From the IMG/VR virus record IMGVR_UViG_3300024297_000001: 64,000 nt of DNA; one strand, 5' to 3'. The position numbers and the translations under genes are program-made. A model generated the notes under the pieces. That model ran no database searches and was not told where the DNA came from. It saw only the letters and a list, made by a program, of their open reading frames with translations. Source of the DNA: a virus (lineage: Duplodnaviria; Caudoviricetes). Shown piece by piece: positions 10,676-21,217 of this stretch. Numbering within the stretch: the stretch's first letter is position 1; each line of letters opens with the position of its first letter.

Positions 10676-12759
10676 TGGCATATCAGATTAATAAAACAAA
10701 CGGCGACTTACTTGTAAATCTTGTAGACGGACAAGTAAACACACAAACAACTGATATTTCATTAATTGGTAGAAACTATTCAGGATTCGGTGAAAGCATT
10801 AACGAAAACTTCGTTAAGATGCTTGAGAACTTTACTAACACACAAGCACCAGCAACTCCGCTAACAGGACAGTTATGGTATGACAGTGGCGAAGCAAGAT
10901 TAAAATTATATGATGGCGCACAATTTAAAAGTGCAGGCGGTCCAATTGTAAGTCCTACACAACCACAAATGGTTACAGGTGATCTTTGGATTGACAATCA
11001 AAACAATAAATTATATTTTTACGATGGAACAGATTTAGTACTTGTTGGTCCTGACTTTTCATCATCAGAAGGAACTTCAGGTTTTACAACTGAAACAGTT
11101 TTAGATACAACGCAGTCAAACAGAACACTTGTTAACTTAAACGTTGGTGGACAAAAAGAAGCAATACTTTCAAATATTAGATTTACACCTAATTCAGCAA
11201 ATCCTATTACAGGAATTGTTGGAGCAGTTGAAAAAGGTATTAATGTAATTGATGATGACTTTAAGTTTCACGGAACAGCAACTTCGGCAGATACAATTAT
11301 TAACGCACAAGGCGTTAAGAAAAACGCATCACAGTTTATGCCTACAGATGCTAACGCAACTTCAAATGGTACTATCAGCACAATTAACAACGGTGGTATT
11401 ACAGTAGGACCAGAAGATAATATTAACATTGGTATTGTTGCAAATCAAACAATAATTGCAAACCAAGTTAGAGATAGAAACTTAGATATCCAAGTAAGAA
11501 AAGCAAGTGGTGCAACTTCAGCAATTAAAGTTGACACAGCAAATAGTTACTTAGGTATTTTCAAAGCATCACCTACAGCAACACTTGACGTTGGCGGTAG
11601 CGTAAAAATTGATGGCGACTTAACAGTTAGTGGTAACACTTTTAGTACAGACGTTGATAACTTAAGAATTAAAGATAAAAATATTGAACTTGCTATTACA
11701 AGTGATAGTACAGTATTACCAGATGCAGATGTTAATGACGCAGGTATTATTGTTAAAGCAAATCCAGACGATAAAGAATTTATTTGGAAACTGGCAACAA
11801 ACGCATTTACATCAAACGTATTCTTTGATTCAACAGCAGGTTATAAGATTAACGGCAACACAGTTATATCAGGTACAACATTAGGAACAATTACAAGTGC
11901 TCCACAAATGCAAACACTTGGTACACTTACAGCATTAGGTGTTGACAACGTTGAAGTTGATGGACAGAAAGTTTCATCAAACGTAGGTAACTTGCAACTT
12001 GAAGCCGCAACAGGCGTAATTGAAATACTTAACACTAATAAGATTTCAGGATTAGGCGAACCAGTTGCAGGATCAGATGCGGCAACTAAAAATTATGTAG
12101 ATACTGCTATTGACGGCGAAGGCGTTGCAATGGCACTTGATATCACAGGCATGGGTTACAATCCAGGTGCAGGAGGCGGAGCGCCTTTTGGTGCTAAACT
12201 TGTTACACTGCTTGAGGAGATTGTTCCATCAAGTACAAAAGTAAACGGAACACAAGCAAAAATTCATGCAACTGACCAAACATCAGCAAGTGCTACATTG
12301 ACAGCAAGTGCGTTGAATACAGGGTTAGATGAAACTACAGTAGCAGTTGATAAAACAGTTACAGTAGCAACAAGAACAGTTGCGTCTATTACTAAAGGTA
12401 CATTAACTATCTTAACATTAGATGCAGTTCATGGATATGATGCAGGCCGTAATGTAACAATTTCGGGTGCATTAGGAGTTACAGCAATTAATGGTACATA
12501 CGCTATTAATAGGATTGTAAGTTCAACAGAAATAGAGATAAACTTAGATACAAGCAGTGAAGTTGGTACATATACAGCGGATAGTGCGAGTGTATCGAGG
12601 GTAACAGAAACAGGGCAGGAAAACGAGACCGTACTAAAAGATGTACAGTTTAGTGACGTAACAGGATCGGTTTCACTAACAGTTAACAGATACGTATTAA
12701 CATGTACTGTAACTGCTGGTGCCTGGGTTTATACCAGCGGAGTAAGTTCGACGGTATAA
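10675..12759 (+). CDS. Tail fibre protein (paralog 2)
   Basis: Same N-terminal module (ENFVKMLENF...GQLWYD...GDLWID); Gly/Thr/Ser-rich beta repeats; DAATKNYVD fibre motif. Confidence 0.75.
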   Translation: MAYQINKTNGDLLVNLVDGQVNTQTTDISLIGRNYSGFGESINENFVKMLENFTNTQAPATPLTGQLWYDSGEARLKLYDGAQFKSAGGPIVSPTQPQMVTGDLWIDNQNNKLYFYDGTDLVLVGPDFSSSEGTSGFTTETVLDTTQSNRTLVNLNVGGQKEAILSNIRFTPNSANPITGIVGAVEKGINVIDDDFKFHGTATSADTIINAQGVKKNASQFMPTDANATSNGTISTINNGGITVGPEDNINIGIVANQTIIANQVRDRNLDIQVRKASGATSAIKVDTANSYLGIFKASPTATLDVGGSVKIDGDLTVSGNTFSTDVDNLRIKDKNIELAITSDSTVLPDADVNDAGIIVKANPDDKEFIWKLATNAFTSNVFFDSTAGYKINGNTVISGTTLGTITSAPQMQTLGTLTALGVDNVEVDGQKVSSNVGNLQLEAATGVIEILNTNKISGLGEPVAGSDAATKNYVDTAIDGEGVAMALDITGMGYNPGAGGGAPFGAKLVTLLEEIVPSSTKVNGTQAKIHATDQTSASATLTASALNTGLDETTVAVDKTVTVATRTVASITKGTLTILTLDAVHGYDAGRNVTISGALGVTAINGTYAINRIVSSTEIEINLDTSSEVGTYTADSASVSRVTETGQENETVLKDVQFSDVTGSVSLTVNRYVLTCTVTAGAWVYTSGVSSTV

Positions 12760-12761
12760 CG

Positions 12762-12768
12762 ATAAATA
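12762..12768 (+). promoter_or_regulatory. T4-late-type box ATAAATA
   Basis: Intergenic, upstream of SD AAGGGG and ATG 12793. Confidence 0.6.
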
Positions 12769-12792
12769 CTAACAATGAAGGGGTAATATACT

Positions 12793-14271
12793 ATGGCATA
12801 CATTATTAACAAAACCGACGGTAGCCAGATTGCAGTAGTTGAAGACGGTACAGTCAATCAAACTACTGATCTTAAACTTGTTGGTAAAAATTACGCTGGT
12901 TATGGCGAGATTCAGAACGAAAACTTCGTTCATTTGCTTGAGAATTTCTCAAGTGCGAATGCTCCGTCCAGAGCAATCAGCGGACAACTTTGGTTTGACT
13001 CAGGAACGAGCAAATTAAAGTTCTATGACGGAACAAAATTTAGAACAACTGGTGGAGCAGAAGTAAGTGCAAGTCAACCATCAGGACTAACTGAAGGTGA
13101 CTTTTGGTGGGATAACGCAAACAATCAGTTGTATGCGAACACTGGTGCAGGCTTTGTACTAATTGGTCCACAATCACAAGGCGCTACAGTTACATCATTT
13201 GTAACTGATTCAGTAACAGACATTGCAAATGTACAAAGAACAGTAATCAAAGGTACTATCAATGATGAAGTAGTAGTGGTATTAAGTGCCGCTGACTTTA
13301 CAATCGACGGAACTGTCCCTAACAATGCCATAACAGGGTTCGACGTTATTCATCAGGGTATGACTTTAAAGAATACTACTAATGCACAACAAGGTGTTAC
13401 TTCAACAGGACATAGATTCTGGGGTACAGCAACAAACGCAGATAAATTAGGCGGACGTTCAGCAAGTGAATATGTTGTATCAATTCCAGGACAAGAAAGT
13501 TCATTTAACGAAGTTGTAAGATTTGCAGATGCAGGATTTACAGTTGGTGATTCAAATGACTTATCAGTTAAAATTGAAAACGGTAACCAAGCAGTTATTA
13601 GTAACGATGTTGGTACTGTAATTAGATTTAAAGTTGATAATGCATCAGCACAATCAACAGAGCCAGTACAGTTTAAAGCAGAGGGTATTTTCCCAGGTGC
13701 TAATACAACTTTTGACATTGGTTCAAGTGCATTAAAATTTAGCAACATGTGGGCAACTACATTTAACGGTACGGCAACTTCTGCTAACGCAATGGTTGTT
13801 GGATCTAATAACAGAACAGCAAGTACTTCAGCAACTAACGACACAGTAGCAGTTAGAGATTCAAGCGGTGACTTGTTTGCTAACAACTTCCAAGGTGTTG
13901 CAAGTTCGGCAAAATACGCTGACTTGGCAGAGAAATATACTACAGACGATCAGTATCCAGTAGGAACTATTATGACAATTGGTACAGATGAAGGTAGTGA
14001 AGCAACTTGGTGCCCAATGACAGAGATGCCAATTGGTGTTATTAGTACTAAACCAGCATACTTAATGAATGCAGACGCAGAAGGACAAGCGATTGCACTT
14101 AAAGGTAGAGTACCAGTAAGAGTTATAGGACCTGTTAACAAAGGTGACAAACTATACGTAGGTGCTAACGGTACTGCACAAAAAGCAGACGAAGGCGACT
14201 TGGTTGGTATTGCTTTAGAATCAAATGATAGACACGAAGAAAAATTAGTTGAAGCGTTCTTGAAAGTATAA
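12793..14271 (+). CDS. Tail fibre protein (paralog 3) with C-terminal chaperone/peptidase-like domain
   Basis: Same N-terminal module; C-terminus YADLAEKY...IGVIST.PAYLMN...IALKGRVPV.V.G.V.KGD is typical of autocleaving intramolecular-chaperone-like fibre ends. Confidence 0.75.
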   Translation: MAYIINKTDGSQIAVVEDGTVNQTTDLKLVGKNYAGYGEIQNENFVHLLENFSSANAPSRAISGQLWFDSGTSKLKFYDGTKFRTTGGAEVSASQPSGLTEGDFWWDNANNQLYANTGAGFVLIGPQSQGATVTSFVTDSVTDIANVQRTVIKGTINDEVVVVLSAADFTIDGTVPNNAITGFDVIHQGMTLKNTTNAQQGVTSTGHRFWGTATNADKLGGRSASEYVVSIPGQESSFNEVVRFADAGFTVGDSNDLSVKIENGNQAVISNDVGTVIRFKVDNASAQSTEPVQFKAEGIFPGANTTFDIGSSALKFSNMWATTFNGTATSANAMVVGSNNRTASTSATNDTVAVRDSSGDLFANNFQGVASSAKYADLAEKYTTDDQYPVGTIMTIGTDEGSEATWCPMTEMPIGVISTKPAYLMNADAEGQAIALKGRVPVRVIGPVNKGDKLYVGANGTAQKADEGDLVGIALESNDRHEEKLVEAFLKV

Positions 14272-14284
14272 GAGGAAGTAACAA

Positions 14285-15205
14285 ATGGCAATAATTACAG
14301 CGGCAAGATATAACTCGTTACAAGCAACAGTTGAAAACATAATGGGTAATGGTGCGGGTCAGTTCGGTTATGGACAGACTTTAGCGTCATCACAGGTTGC
14401 GGCGGACACTGTAATTGATTCAGGACACATGTCCACACTTTACACAGATTTAATTAATGCAAGAGTACACCAAGTAGGTAGTGTTCCTAATTCAGTTGCA
14501 ACGGTAAGTGCAGGTGATGTTATTGAGGAAGATGCTACAGACACAGGTACTGCAAGAGGTATTTTACAATACGAAGATTTAGCAAGTACTGTTGAAACTG
14601 ACAAAGCATTAATTTATACTGCTGATACTTCACAAAGTACAATCACTGCAAACAAAACAAACAGTTCATCAACTAATGCATGGGCAGGAGTACGTGACCA
14701 TATTGTTACAGTAACGTTTGCAACAGCAGATGCACGTAGACACTTTTTTAATGCAGGTGGTGAAATTAGATTTACTGCTGACTTAGATCCAGCGGCTTCA
14801 AATGGTAAGAACAACGATTGGAACTCATTGTTAGCAAACATGGGAACAGTTACATTTAAATCAAATAACTGTCCATCATTAGGTTCAAGTCCAGGAACAA
14901 GTTTCAATATTGGTAACTTTGACATGACTGCTACAGACCAACTTGTATTCCAAAAAGATGGTACAGGTGTATATGCAGAAAACGATTACAATATTAAAGC
15001 AAAAGAACTTAATTCAACTACAATACAGTTTACTATTCAATTTAGAGATGATGACGTAGGTGATGACACAAACAACGATGGTGCATTCAACCCACAAGAT
15101 GAATCAGTAACAGGTACATTACAAAGTGTGGTTGGAGAAAGACTACCTACAGGGTCAAGAGTTTCTTTAACTTCCCCAACATTTAATACCACAAATACTC
15201 TTTAA
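14285..15205 (+). CDS. Virion structural protein (tail-associated)
   Basis: SD GAGGAAG; Thr/Ser/Asp-rich; last gene of the structural run. Confidence 0.55.
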   Translation: MAIITAARYNSLQATVENIMGNGAGQFGYGQTLASSQVAADTVIDSGHMSTLYTDLINARVHQVGSVPNSVATVSAGDVIEEDATDTGTARGILQYEDLASTVETDKALIYTADTSQSTITANKTNSSSTNAWAGVRDHIVTVTFATADARRHFFNAGGEIRFTADLDPAASNGKNNDWNSLLANMGTVTFKSNNCPSLGSSPGTSFNIGNFDMTATDQLVFQKDGTGVYAENDYNIKAKELNSTTIQFTIQFRDDDVGDDTNNDGAFNPQDESVTGTLQSVVGERLPTGSRVSLTSPTFNTTNTL

Positions 15206-15220
15206 TACCTTAGTACGTAG

Positions 15221-15226
15221 TAAATA
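15221..15226 (+). promoter_or_regulatory. Late-type TAAATA box 5 nt before ATG (predicted leaderless)
   Basis: TAAATA-ttact-ATG(15232); no SD upstream. Confidence 0.6.
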
Positions 15227-15231
15227 TTACT

Positions 15232-15576
15232 ATGGACGAGAAACTATCAAAAGCCTTAGAATTTGGAAACTATTCTGCAACTCTTAATAACCAAAGAAGA
15301 ATGTTGAAAGAAAAGTTTGCTACAGAGTCAATGTATTTCTTTGCAGGTGGACAATTTACAATTACTAAAGAGTTGATTAACTATGTTTACACATTAAAAT
15401 CAACAGAGCAAGATTCATTTGTATTAATTGATGATACAGATACTCCGATCTTAATTGAAGACATATCAGACTTTTACAATAATATTACAGACAAATACTA
15501 TGTTGCACTAAACAACTATCACAAAGATTACAGCAAACTTGAAAAAAGTAGATCTGTAGACGGATTGGTGGAATGA
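15232..15576 (+). CDS. Hypothetical protein (first gene of the enzyme island)
   Basis: 114 aa ORF, ATGA overlap with the next gene. Confidence 0.7.
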   Translation: MDEKLSKALEFGNYSATLNNQRRMLKEKFATESMYFFAGGQFTITKELINYVYTLKSTEQDSFVLIDDTDTPILIEDISDFYNNITDKYYVALNNYHKDYSKLEKSRSVDGLVE

Positions 15577-16394
15577 GCAGTGGAGTACTATTATTTGCAT
15601 TTAATAATGAGCAAGTGGATTATGTATCACAGGCTCAGTACCTTGCAAAAAGAATACGCAAATATTTAGACTTACCAACTACACTTGTAACAGATGATGT
15701 AGAACGTGTTGTAAAATTTTACAACGGAAAAGAAGTGTTTGACGAAATTCTTTCTTCGTCTATAGAACAAAAAAATCACAAAACATATCACGACGGAAGT
15801 TTATCTAAAAAAGTATTAGAGTTTAAGAACTTTAATAGAAGTGATAGTTACGATATAAGTCCTTATGATAGAACTCTTGTGTTAGATACGGACTACATTA
15901 TAAGTAACGACTTACTTGCACAAGCAATGAAGTTACCACATGAACTAATGATGTATAAAGACAGTATGGATATTAGTGGTTGGCGTGATACAAGTGAGTT
16001 TAAATTAATTAGTGAAACATCAATAGACTTTTGGTGGGCAACTTGTATTATATTTGACAAGTCAGAACGTAATAATGCTTTCTTTGATCTTGTAAAACAT
16101 ATAAAGAAAAATTACGAACACTATCGTAATCTATATCAAGTTACAACAACAGTATTTAGAAATGATATTGCATTTAGTATTGCAAATAACATCATGGGTT
16201 ATACAAAAGAACTGCCGGGCAAAATGGTTTATAGCACAGGCAAAGATATATTACAAGAAATTAAAGACGATGAATTAACTTTACTTGTTGAAAAACAAGA
16301 TCGTGTAGGAGAATATACACTAATAAAGTCAAAAGGTATAAATTTGCATGTAATGAATAAGTTTAGTTTAGGAAGGGAGATTACAAATGCCTAA
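15573..16394 (+). CDS. GT-A fold glycosyltransferase (GT8-like)
   Basis: DxD motif in SPYDRTLVLDTDYII; N-terminal GVLLFAFNN strand. Confidence 0.7.
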   Translation: MSSGVLLFAFNNEQVDYVSQAQYLAKRIRKYLDLPTTLVTDDVERVVKFYNGKEVFDEILSSSIEQKNHKTYHDGSLSKKVLEFKNFNRSDSYDISPYDRTLVLDTDYIISNDLLAQAMKLPHELMMYKDSMDISGWRDTSEFKLISETSIDFWWATCIIFDKSERNNAFFDLVKHIKKNYEHYRNLYQVTTTVFRNDIAFSIANNIMGYTKELPGKMVYSTGKDILQEIKDDELTLLVEKQDRVGEYTLIKSKGINLHVMNKFSLGREITNA

Positions 16395-17202
16395 TTTTAC
16401 CTTCCTTGCACAAAACAGCGAATACAATTACATACGTCAAGCAGAACTATTAGCATTAAGCATTAGGAAAACTAATCCAGATAGTAAAATTTGTTTAATT
16501 ACCAACGATGATGTAGAACAAAAAGAATTGTTTGATGACATTGTACCTATACCATGGGAAGATAAAGCAGAAGAACACAAGTGGAAAGTACAAAACCGTT
16601 GGAAGATTTACCATGCTTGTCCATATGATGAAACTTTTGTATTAGACACAGACATGATTGTATGTCATGACCTAACACACTGGTGGAACCTAATGCAAAA
16701 TTACGAAGTTTTTTACACAACAAACGTTACAGATTATAAACAAAGTAAACTTAATGTAACATATTATAGAAAAATGTTTGAAGCAAACAACTTACCAGAC
16801 ATTTATGTTGCACTACACTATTTTAAGAAGTCTGACTTTGCAAAAAAGTTTTATGAAGCGTTAGAATACACAATGAAAAATTGGGAAGAGTGTTATACAA
16901 AGTATGCACCAAAGAAAATGCAAAAGATTGCCAGTGTAGATGTGTGTACAAGTATTGCAATTAAGATGTTAGGTGTAGAAAACAAAGTTACAAACAAGAC
17001 TTTAGCATTTCCTACGTTCGTTCATATGAAGCCTTATGCACAAACTTGGAATACACAAACAAAGAAGTGGCAAGATCGTGTAGGTTGTTTTGTTAATGAC
17101 GATGCACAGTTAAGAGTAGGCGGGCATTTACAAGACACAGTGTTTCATTATACTGAAAAAGATTTTACGGATAGATTTTATGACAGATATGCACAAAGAT
17201 GA
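16387..17202 (+). CDS. GT-A fold glycosyltransferase (paralog of the previous gene)
   Basis: CPYDETFVLDTDMIV DxD motif; FVHMK C-terminal His motif. Confidence 0.7.
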   Translation: MPNFTFLAQNSEYNYIRQAELLALSIRKTNPDSKICLITNDDVEQKELFDDIVPIPWEDKAEEHKWKVQNRWKIYHACPYDETFVLDTDMIVCHDLTHWWNLMQNYEVFYTTNVTDYKQSKLNVTYYRKMFEANNLPDIYVALHYFKKSDFAKKFYEALEYTMKNWEECYTKYAPKKMQKIASVDVCTSIAIKMLGVENKVTNKTLAFPTFVHMKPYAQTWNTQTKKWQDRVGCFVNDDAQLRVGGHLQDTVFHYTEKDFTDRFYDRYAQR

Positions 17203-17743
17203 AGTACAAACATATATAGAGTTTGATCCTAAGACAGGAAACATTCAAACTATTACCTCCTATCCTCAGAACCAACACATAGAAGTTAATCCTGATGATG
17301 TAAAAGGATTATTAGATGGCTCAGAAAACTTCTTACACTACAAAGTACAGTTCAACCCAACTTCAACCATGTATGAACTTGTCAATGTGTATGATGAAGA
17401 ACGTTTCGAATACAATGTACACAACAGCATATACAAAGTACCTACAGATATTGAAGCAGACATTAATATTATAAAAAATTACAAAACAAAAACATGGCAA
17501 CTACAGTTTGGCAAACTATTTTCCAAAACATTAGAAAAGAATAGTGTAACATTACAAACTGTTAAAAATTTTAGCGTAGTTGCTAAGAACGATCCTTATA
17601 AACTACATAGAACATTACGATTTAATTTAGCAGATACAAATTTAGACTTGCAATTTGATCAAGATGATGCTATAATAACACAATACGACTTATATACTAA
17701 CAAGTTGTTCAACAGTTACAGCACAGGAGTCATTAATGATTAA
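17180..17743 (+). CDS. Hypothetical protein
   Basis: 187 aa ORF coupled to its neighbours; no motif recognised. Confidence 0.6.
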   Translation: MTDMHKDEVQTYIEFDPKTGNIQTITSYPQNQHIEVNPDDVKGLLDGSENFLHYKVQFNPTSTMYELVNVYDEERFEYNVHNSIYKVPTDIEADINIIKNYKTKTWQLQFGKLFSKTLEKNSVTLQTVKNFSVVAKNDPYKLHRTLRFNLADTNLDLQFDQDDAIITQYDLYTNKLFNSYSTGVIND

Positions 17744-18623
17744 GATTGCAGAACAAGATATTATTTTTTTAAGTTACGATGAGCCTAATGCTGAAGAAAA
17801 CTGGGCAGACTTAAAAAGAAAAGTGCCGTGGGCAAAACGTGTACATGGTGTAGAAGGTAGTGATGCCGCACACAAGGCATGTGCAGACTTATCAGAAACT
17901 AAACACTTCGTTACAGTTGACGGAGACACTATTGTTGATCCTAAATTTATAGAAGTAGTATTAGACTTAGACAAGTTAGGTGTAGATGACGACTATCAGT
18001 TTAGTTGGTGTGGTAAGATTGACGTCAACGGACTAATGTATGGTAACGGTAGTTTAAAAATGTGGACTAAAGAGTTTGTTAAGAATATGAAAACTCATGA
18101 AAACACAGATGGTTCTGATGATACACAAATAGAATTCTGTTACTTTGACAACTATTATCAACTCAACGAAAATTATAGTAAAAGTATTATTACTGCTACT
18201 CCACACCAAGCATGGCGAGCAGGATTTAGAGAAGGTGTTAAGATGTCATTGGATAGAGGAACACCTATTAATGACTTGAAAGAGTTATGGTGGCAGAATT
18301 ATCATAGATTGTTAGTCTGGATGATGGTAGGTGCAGATGTTGAAAACGGTTTATATAGTATTCTTGGTGCAAGACAAGGTTGTTATAAAACAATGTGTAC
18401 CGAATGGGATCATACGCAAACAAGAGATTTTTTATACTTAAATAAACTGTGGGAAGAAAGCGATTTTCACAGTGGTAATGTTGTGGATCGTATTACAGAT
18501 ATAGGAACTTTAATTAGAAATGAATTAGATGTTCCTCTTGCAGTACATCCATATGATAATGAACAAAGTGAATTTTTTAAAACTGTTTACAAAAATAGTG
18601 ATAGGGTGATTAGACGAAAATGA
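17736..18623 (+). CDS. Glycosyltransferase-like protein (GT-A, DGD motif)
   Basis: DIIFLSYDEPNAEENW...HFVTVDGD; paralog of 25332-26021. Confidence 0.6.
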   Translation: MIKIAEQDIIFLSYDEPNAEENWADLKRKVPWAKRVHGVEGSDAAHKACADLSETKHFVTVDGDTIVDPKFIEVVLDLDKLGVDDDYQFSWCGKIDVNGLMYGNGSLKMWTKEFVKNMKTHENTDGSDDTQIEFCYFDNYYQLNENYSKSIITATPHQAWRAGFREGVKMSLDRGTPINDLKELWWQNYHRLLVWMMVGADVENGLYSILGARQGCYKTMCTEWDHTQTRDFLYLNKLWEESDFHSGNVVDRITDIGTLIRNELDVPLAVHPYDNEQSEFFKTVYKNSDRVIRRK

Positions 18624-18865
18624 AAATTAGGTACTATCGAAATATCAAGGGGTGGCGTTGGTTAGGATTTTTTCTTGCCATGGCATCTGCTTATATTTTA
18701 AGTAGTGGTAATCCTGACTACCAAGTTATGGGTTGGAGTGTTGCATGTTTTAGTTGTGGCATTTGGATTTACATGGGTTGGAAAGACGGAGATACACCAC
18801 GTGCATTGATGGAACTGTTTTATTTGGTACTTGCTATACGTGGAATTATTAACTGGATTCAATGA
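18620..18865 (+). CDS. Small membrane protein (about 3 hydrophobic segments)
   Basis: 81 aa, hydrophobic and Trp-rich; ATGA overlaps on both sides. Confidence 0.6.
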   Translation: MKIRYYRNIKGWRWLGFFLAMASAYILSSGNPDYQVMGWSVACFSCGIWIYMGWKDGDTPRALMELFYLVLAIRGIINWIQ

Positions 18866-20229
18866 GCGAAGTAGAAAGAATAAAGCAGATAATGCCAGAG
18901 GTCGACAAGATCTCTCCTACCTTCTGCTTGGCTAAATGGCACCACGTAACAATATATTTGCAAACAGGCGAAACACACAGTTGTTATCACCCAGCACCAC
19001 ATAAGATTCCACTTGAAGGATTAATTGACAATCCAAGTCAACTACACAATACACCGCAAAAGAAACAAGAACGTAAACAAATGCTTGAAGGCGAAAAGCC
19101 AAGCGGTTGTCAATACTGTTGGAATATTGAATGTATGGGTAAAGACTATATTAGTGATAGGCATATTAAAACAGCAAGTATATACACACCTAAACGTATT
19201 GAAGAAATAAAAAGTAATCCATGGGATTATAATATTAATCCAGAATACATTGAAATAAATTTTAGTAATGAATGTAATTTTAAATGCGGTTACTGCCATC
19301 CTAAGTTTAGCAGTAGATACTATAACGAAATTAAAAAAGAAGGTCCATATACAGATGTATCTGCACACCGTAATGACATTGATTGGTTTGAATTATATGA
19401 AGAAGAAACTAATCCTTATGTAGAAGCATGGTGGAAGTGGTGGCCAGAAGTTAGTAAGACACTAAACATCTTACGTGTTACAGGCGGCGAACCTTTAATG
19501 CACAAAAGTACTTGGCGTTTGTTTGACGAACTTGAAGCAAATCCTAAACCACATATTCAAATTGAAGTAAACAGTAACATGGGTGTTAAGGAATCTCTTG
19601 TACACAAACTTGTAGAACGTGTAAAAGAACTTAAAGCAAAGAACTGTATAAGAAGTTTCAAATTATACACAAGCATAGATACTTGGGGACCTAAAGCAGA
19701 ATACACAAGACGTGGATTAGATATTGAACTATGGGAAAAGAATTTAGATTACTATCTAACAGAACTTGGTTATCCTGTAACGTTTATGATTACATTTAAC
19801 TTGTTTGCTGTAACGAGTTTTGATTTATTGCTTAATAAAATACTTGAATGGCGTAAGAAGTACACAAGATCTAATGCAGGTGTACAATGGCAAAACATTA
19901 GATTTGATACTCCTTATCTAAAAGAGCCAATACAGTTTGACATGAACATATTACCTAAGGATCAGTTTGTTCCGTACATGACAAGGCACCTACAGTTCAT
20001 CGGAGACAACGTTGATGACAATGACCGCCATAAGTTTAGTTTGTTGGAGTATGAGCGTTTTAGACGTGTTGTAGACTATATGCGTACAACTACTTACGAT
20101 GATAAGAAGTTAGCAATAGGACACAAAACTTTTTATAATTGGTTTACGCAATATGATAAACGTAGTGGTAGTAGTATTGTTAAAACGTTTCCGGAACTTA
20201 AAGAATTTTATGATTCTTGTAGATCTTAG
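18862..20229 (+). CDS. Radical SAM protein with N-terminal SPASM/twitch-like Cys cluster
   Basis: CNFKCGYC (CxxxCxxC), TGGEP; N-terminal FCLAKWHH...HSCYH...GCQYCW. Confidence 0.9.
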   Translation: MSEVERIKQIMPEVDKISPTFCLAKWHHVTIYLQTGETHSCYHPAPHKIPLEGLIDNPSQLHNTPQKKQERKQMLEGEKPSGCQYCWNIECMGKDYISDRHIKTASIYTPKRIEEIKSNPWDYNINPEYIEINFSNECNFKCGYCHPKFSSRYYNEIKKEGPYTDVSAHRNDIDWFELYEEETNPYVEAWWKWWPEVSKTLNILRVTGGEPLMHKSTWRLFDELEANPKPHIQIEVNSNMGVKESLVHKLVERVKELKAKNCIRSFKLYTSIDTWGPKAEYTRRGLDIELWEKNLDYYLTELGYPVTFMITFNLFAVTSFDLLLNKILEWRKKYTRSNAGVQWQNIRFDTPYLKEPIQFDMNILPKDQFVPYMTRHLQFIGDNVDDNDRHKFSLLEYERFRRVVDYMRTTTYDDKKLAIGHKTFYNWFTQYDKRSGSSIVKTFPELKEFYDSCRS

Positions 20230-21217
20230 AAGCAAGAATTTGATTGTGTGTTAACACAGCATTCATTTCATTTAACATTTCTTTACAGTCATCAATACTT
20301 AATAACTTAATGCTATCTAACAAGTAACGTATTTTGTTCATACGTTTTGTATGATCTTCTTCAGTATCGTAACTTTCGTCCCAAGTAAATGTTTTAAATC
20401 CTAACTCACGAATGTATTCTAATGTATAAGGTGGTGCAACGCAAACAAAAGGACGTTTATGTATCATTGCGTTAACAGTTTTCTCACTAAAGTTTCCTGT
20501 AGGCTGATAGAAACGTGTTTCGTTTGCTACAACGCAAAAACTTTTTTCATAGTAAGCAGATAAACTTGCTGGACCGTTTAGTTGTCCTATAGGCCATTTT
20601 TTATGTGCAGGGTCTATACTTTGTAATTCTGTATCAATGCTTAATGCTGGATCACTAAATGCCCAACTATAGTAACCTGGTGTATCTTGTAAGTGTTCTA
20701 TTATTAAACGTCTGTGTAAACTATAACGCCAATTAGGACAAATAAAGTGTTTATCAATATTGTTGTTAACATTAACAATACCGCCGTTGAATTGATTGCG
20801 TAAAAATATATCAAAGCATTTAAGTTCAAACGGATAGTAGTCTATATGTTTGTTTACATTGTAATCACAAGTGTATACAGTAATTTCTGCATTTAATTTT
20901 TTACTAAATTCTAAAATACTATCTAATTCATCAGCACGTAATTTTTCTCCGCCTTGAAATTCGCTAAAGAAATCTCTGTTATGCTTTTTACCATCTTCGT
21001 ATAATGTTAATGGTTCGTACAAATATATGTTAAGTTTTTTAAGTTTCTTTAACATTTTAGGAGTAAGAGGAAACTTATCAAAGTCTATATTATTTGTACC
21101 TGTGTATATAATAAAAGGATCTTTAGGAAACCAATGTTCAAATAGTTCAGTAAACATTGAACCTAACTTTGTAGATTTTACAGGAAGGTTACCCCAGAAT
21201 ATATCTTGTTTGAACAT
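20198..21217 (-). CDS. Glycosyltransferase-like protein (GT-B type C-terminal half)
   Basis: SFCVVANET...FSEKTVNAMIHKRPFV...LGFKTF..WDESYD resembles GT10/exostosin-like phage proteins. Confidence 0.5.
   Translation of the reverse strand: MFKQDIFWGNLPVKSTKLGSMFTELFEHWFPKDPFIIYTGTNNIDFDKFPLTPKMLKKLKKLNIYLYEPLTLYEDGKKHNRDFFSEFQGGEKLRADELDSILEFSKKLNAEITVYTCDYNVNKHIDYYPFELKCFDIFLRNQFNGGIVNVNNNIDKHFICPNWRYSLHRRLIIEHLQDTPGYYSWAFSDPALSIDTELQSIDPAHKKWPIGQLNGPASLSAYYEKSFCVVANETRFYQPTGNFSEKTVNAMIHKRPFVCVAPPYTLEYIRELGFKTFTWDESYDTEEDHTKRMNKIRYLLDSIKLLSIDDCKEMLNEMNAVLTHNQILASKIYKNHKIL

Noticed and set aside
949-14925. Long antisense ORFs such as 9382-9996, 13353-13886, 13950-14291 and 14614-14925
   Set aside because: Shadow frames of strongly codon-biased structural genes; no SD or promoter, and composition mirrors the sense strand
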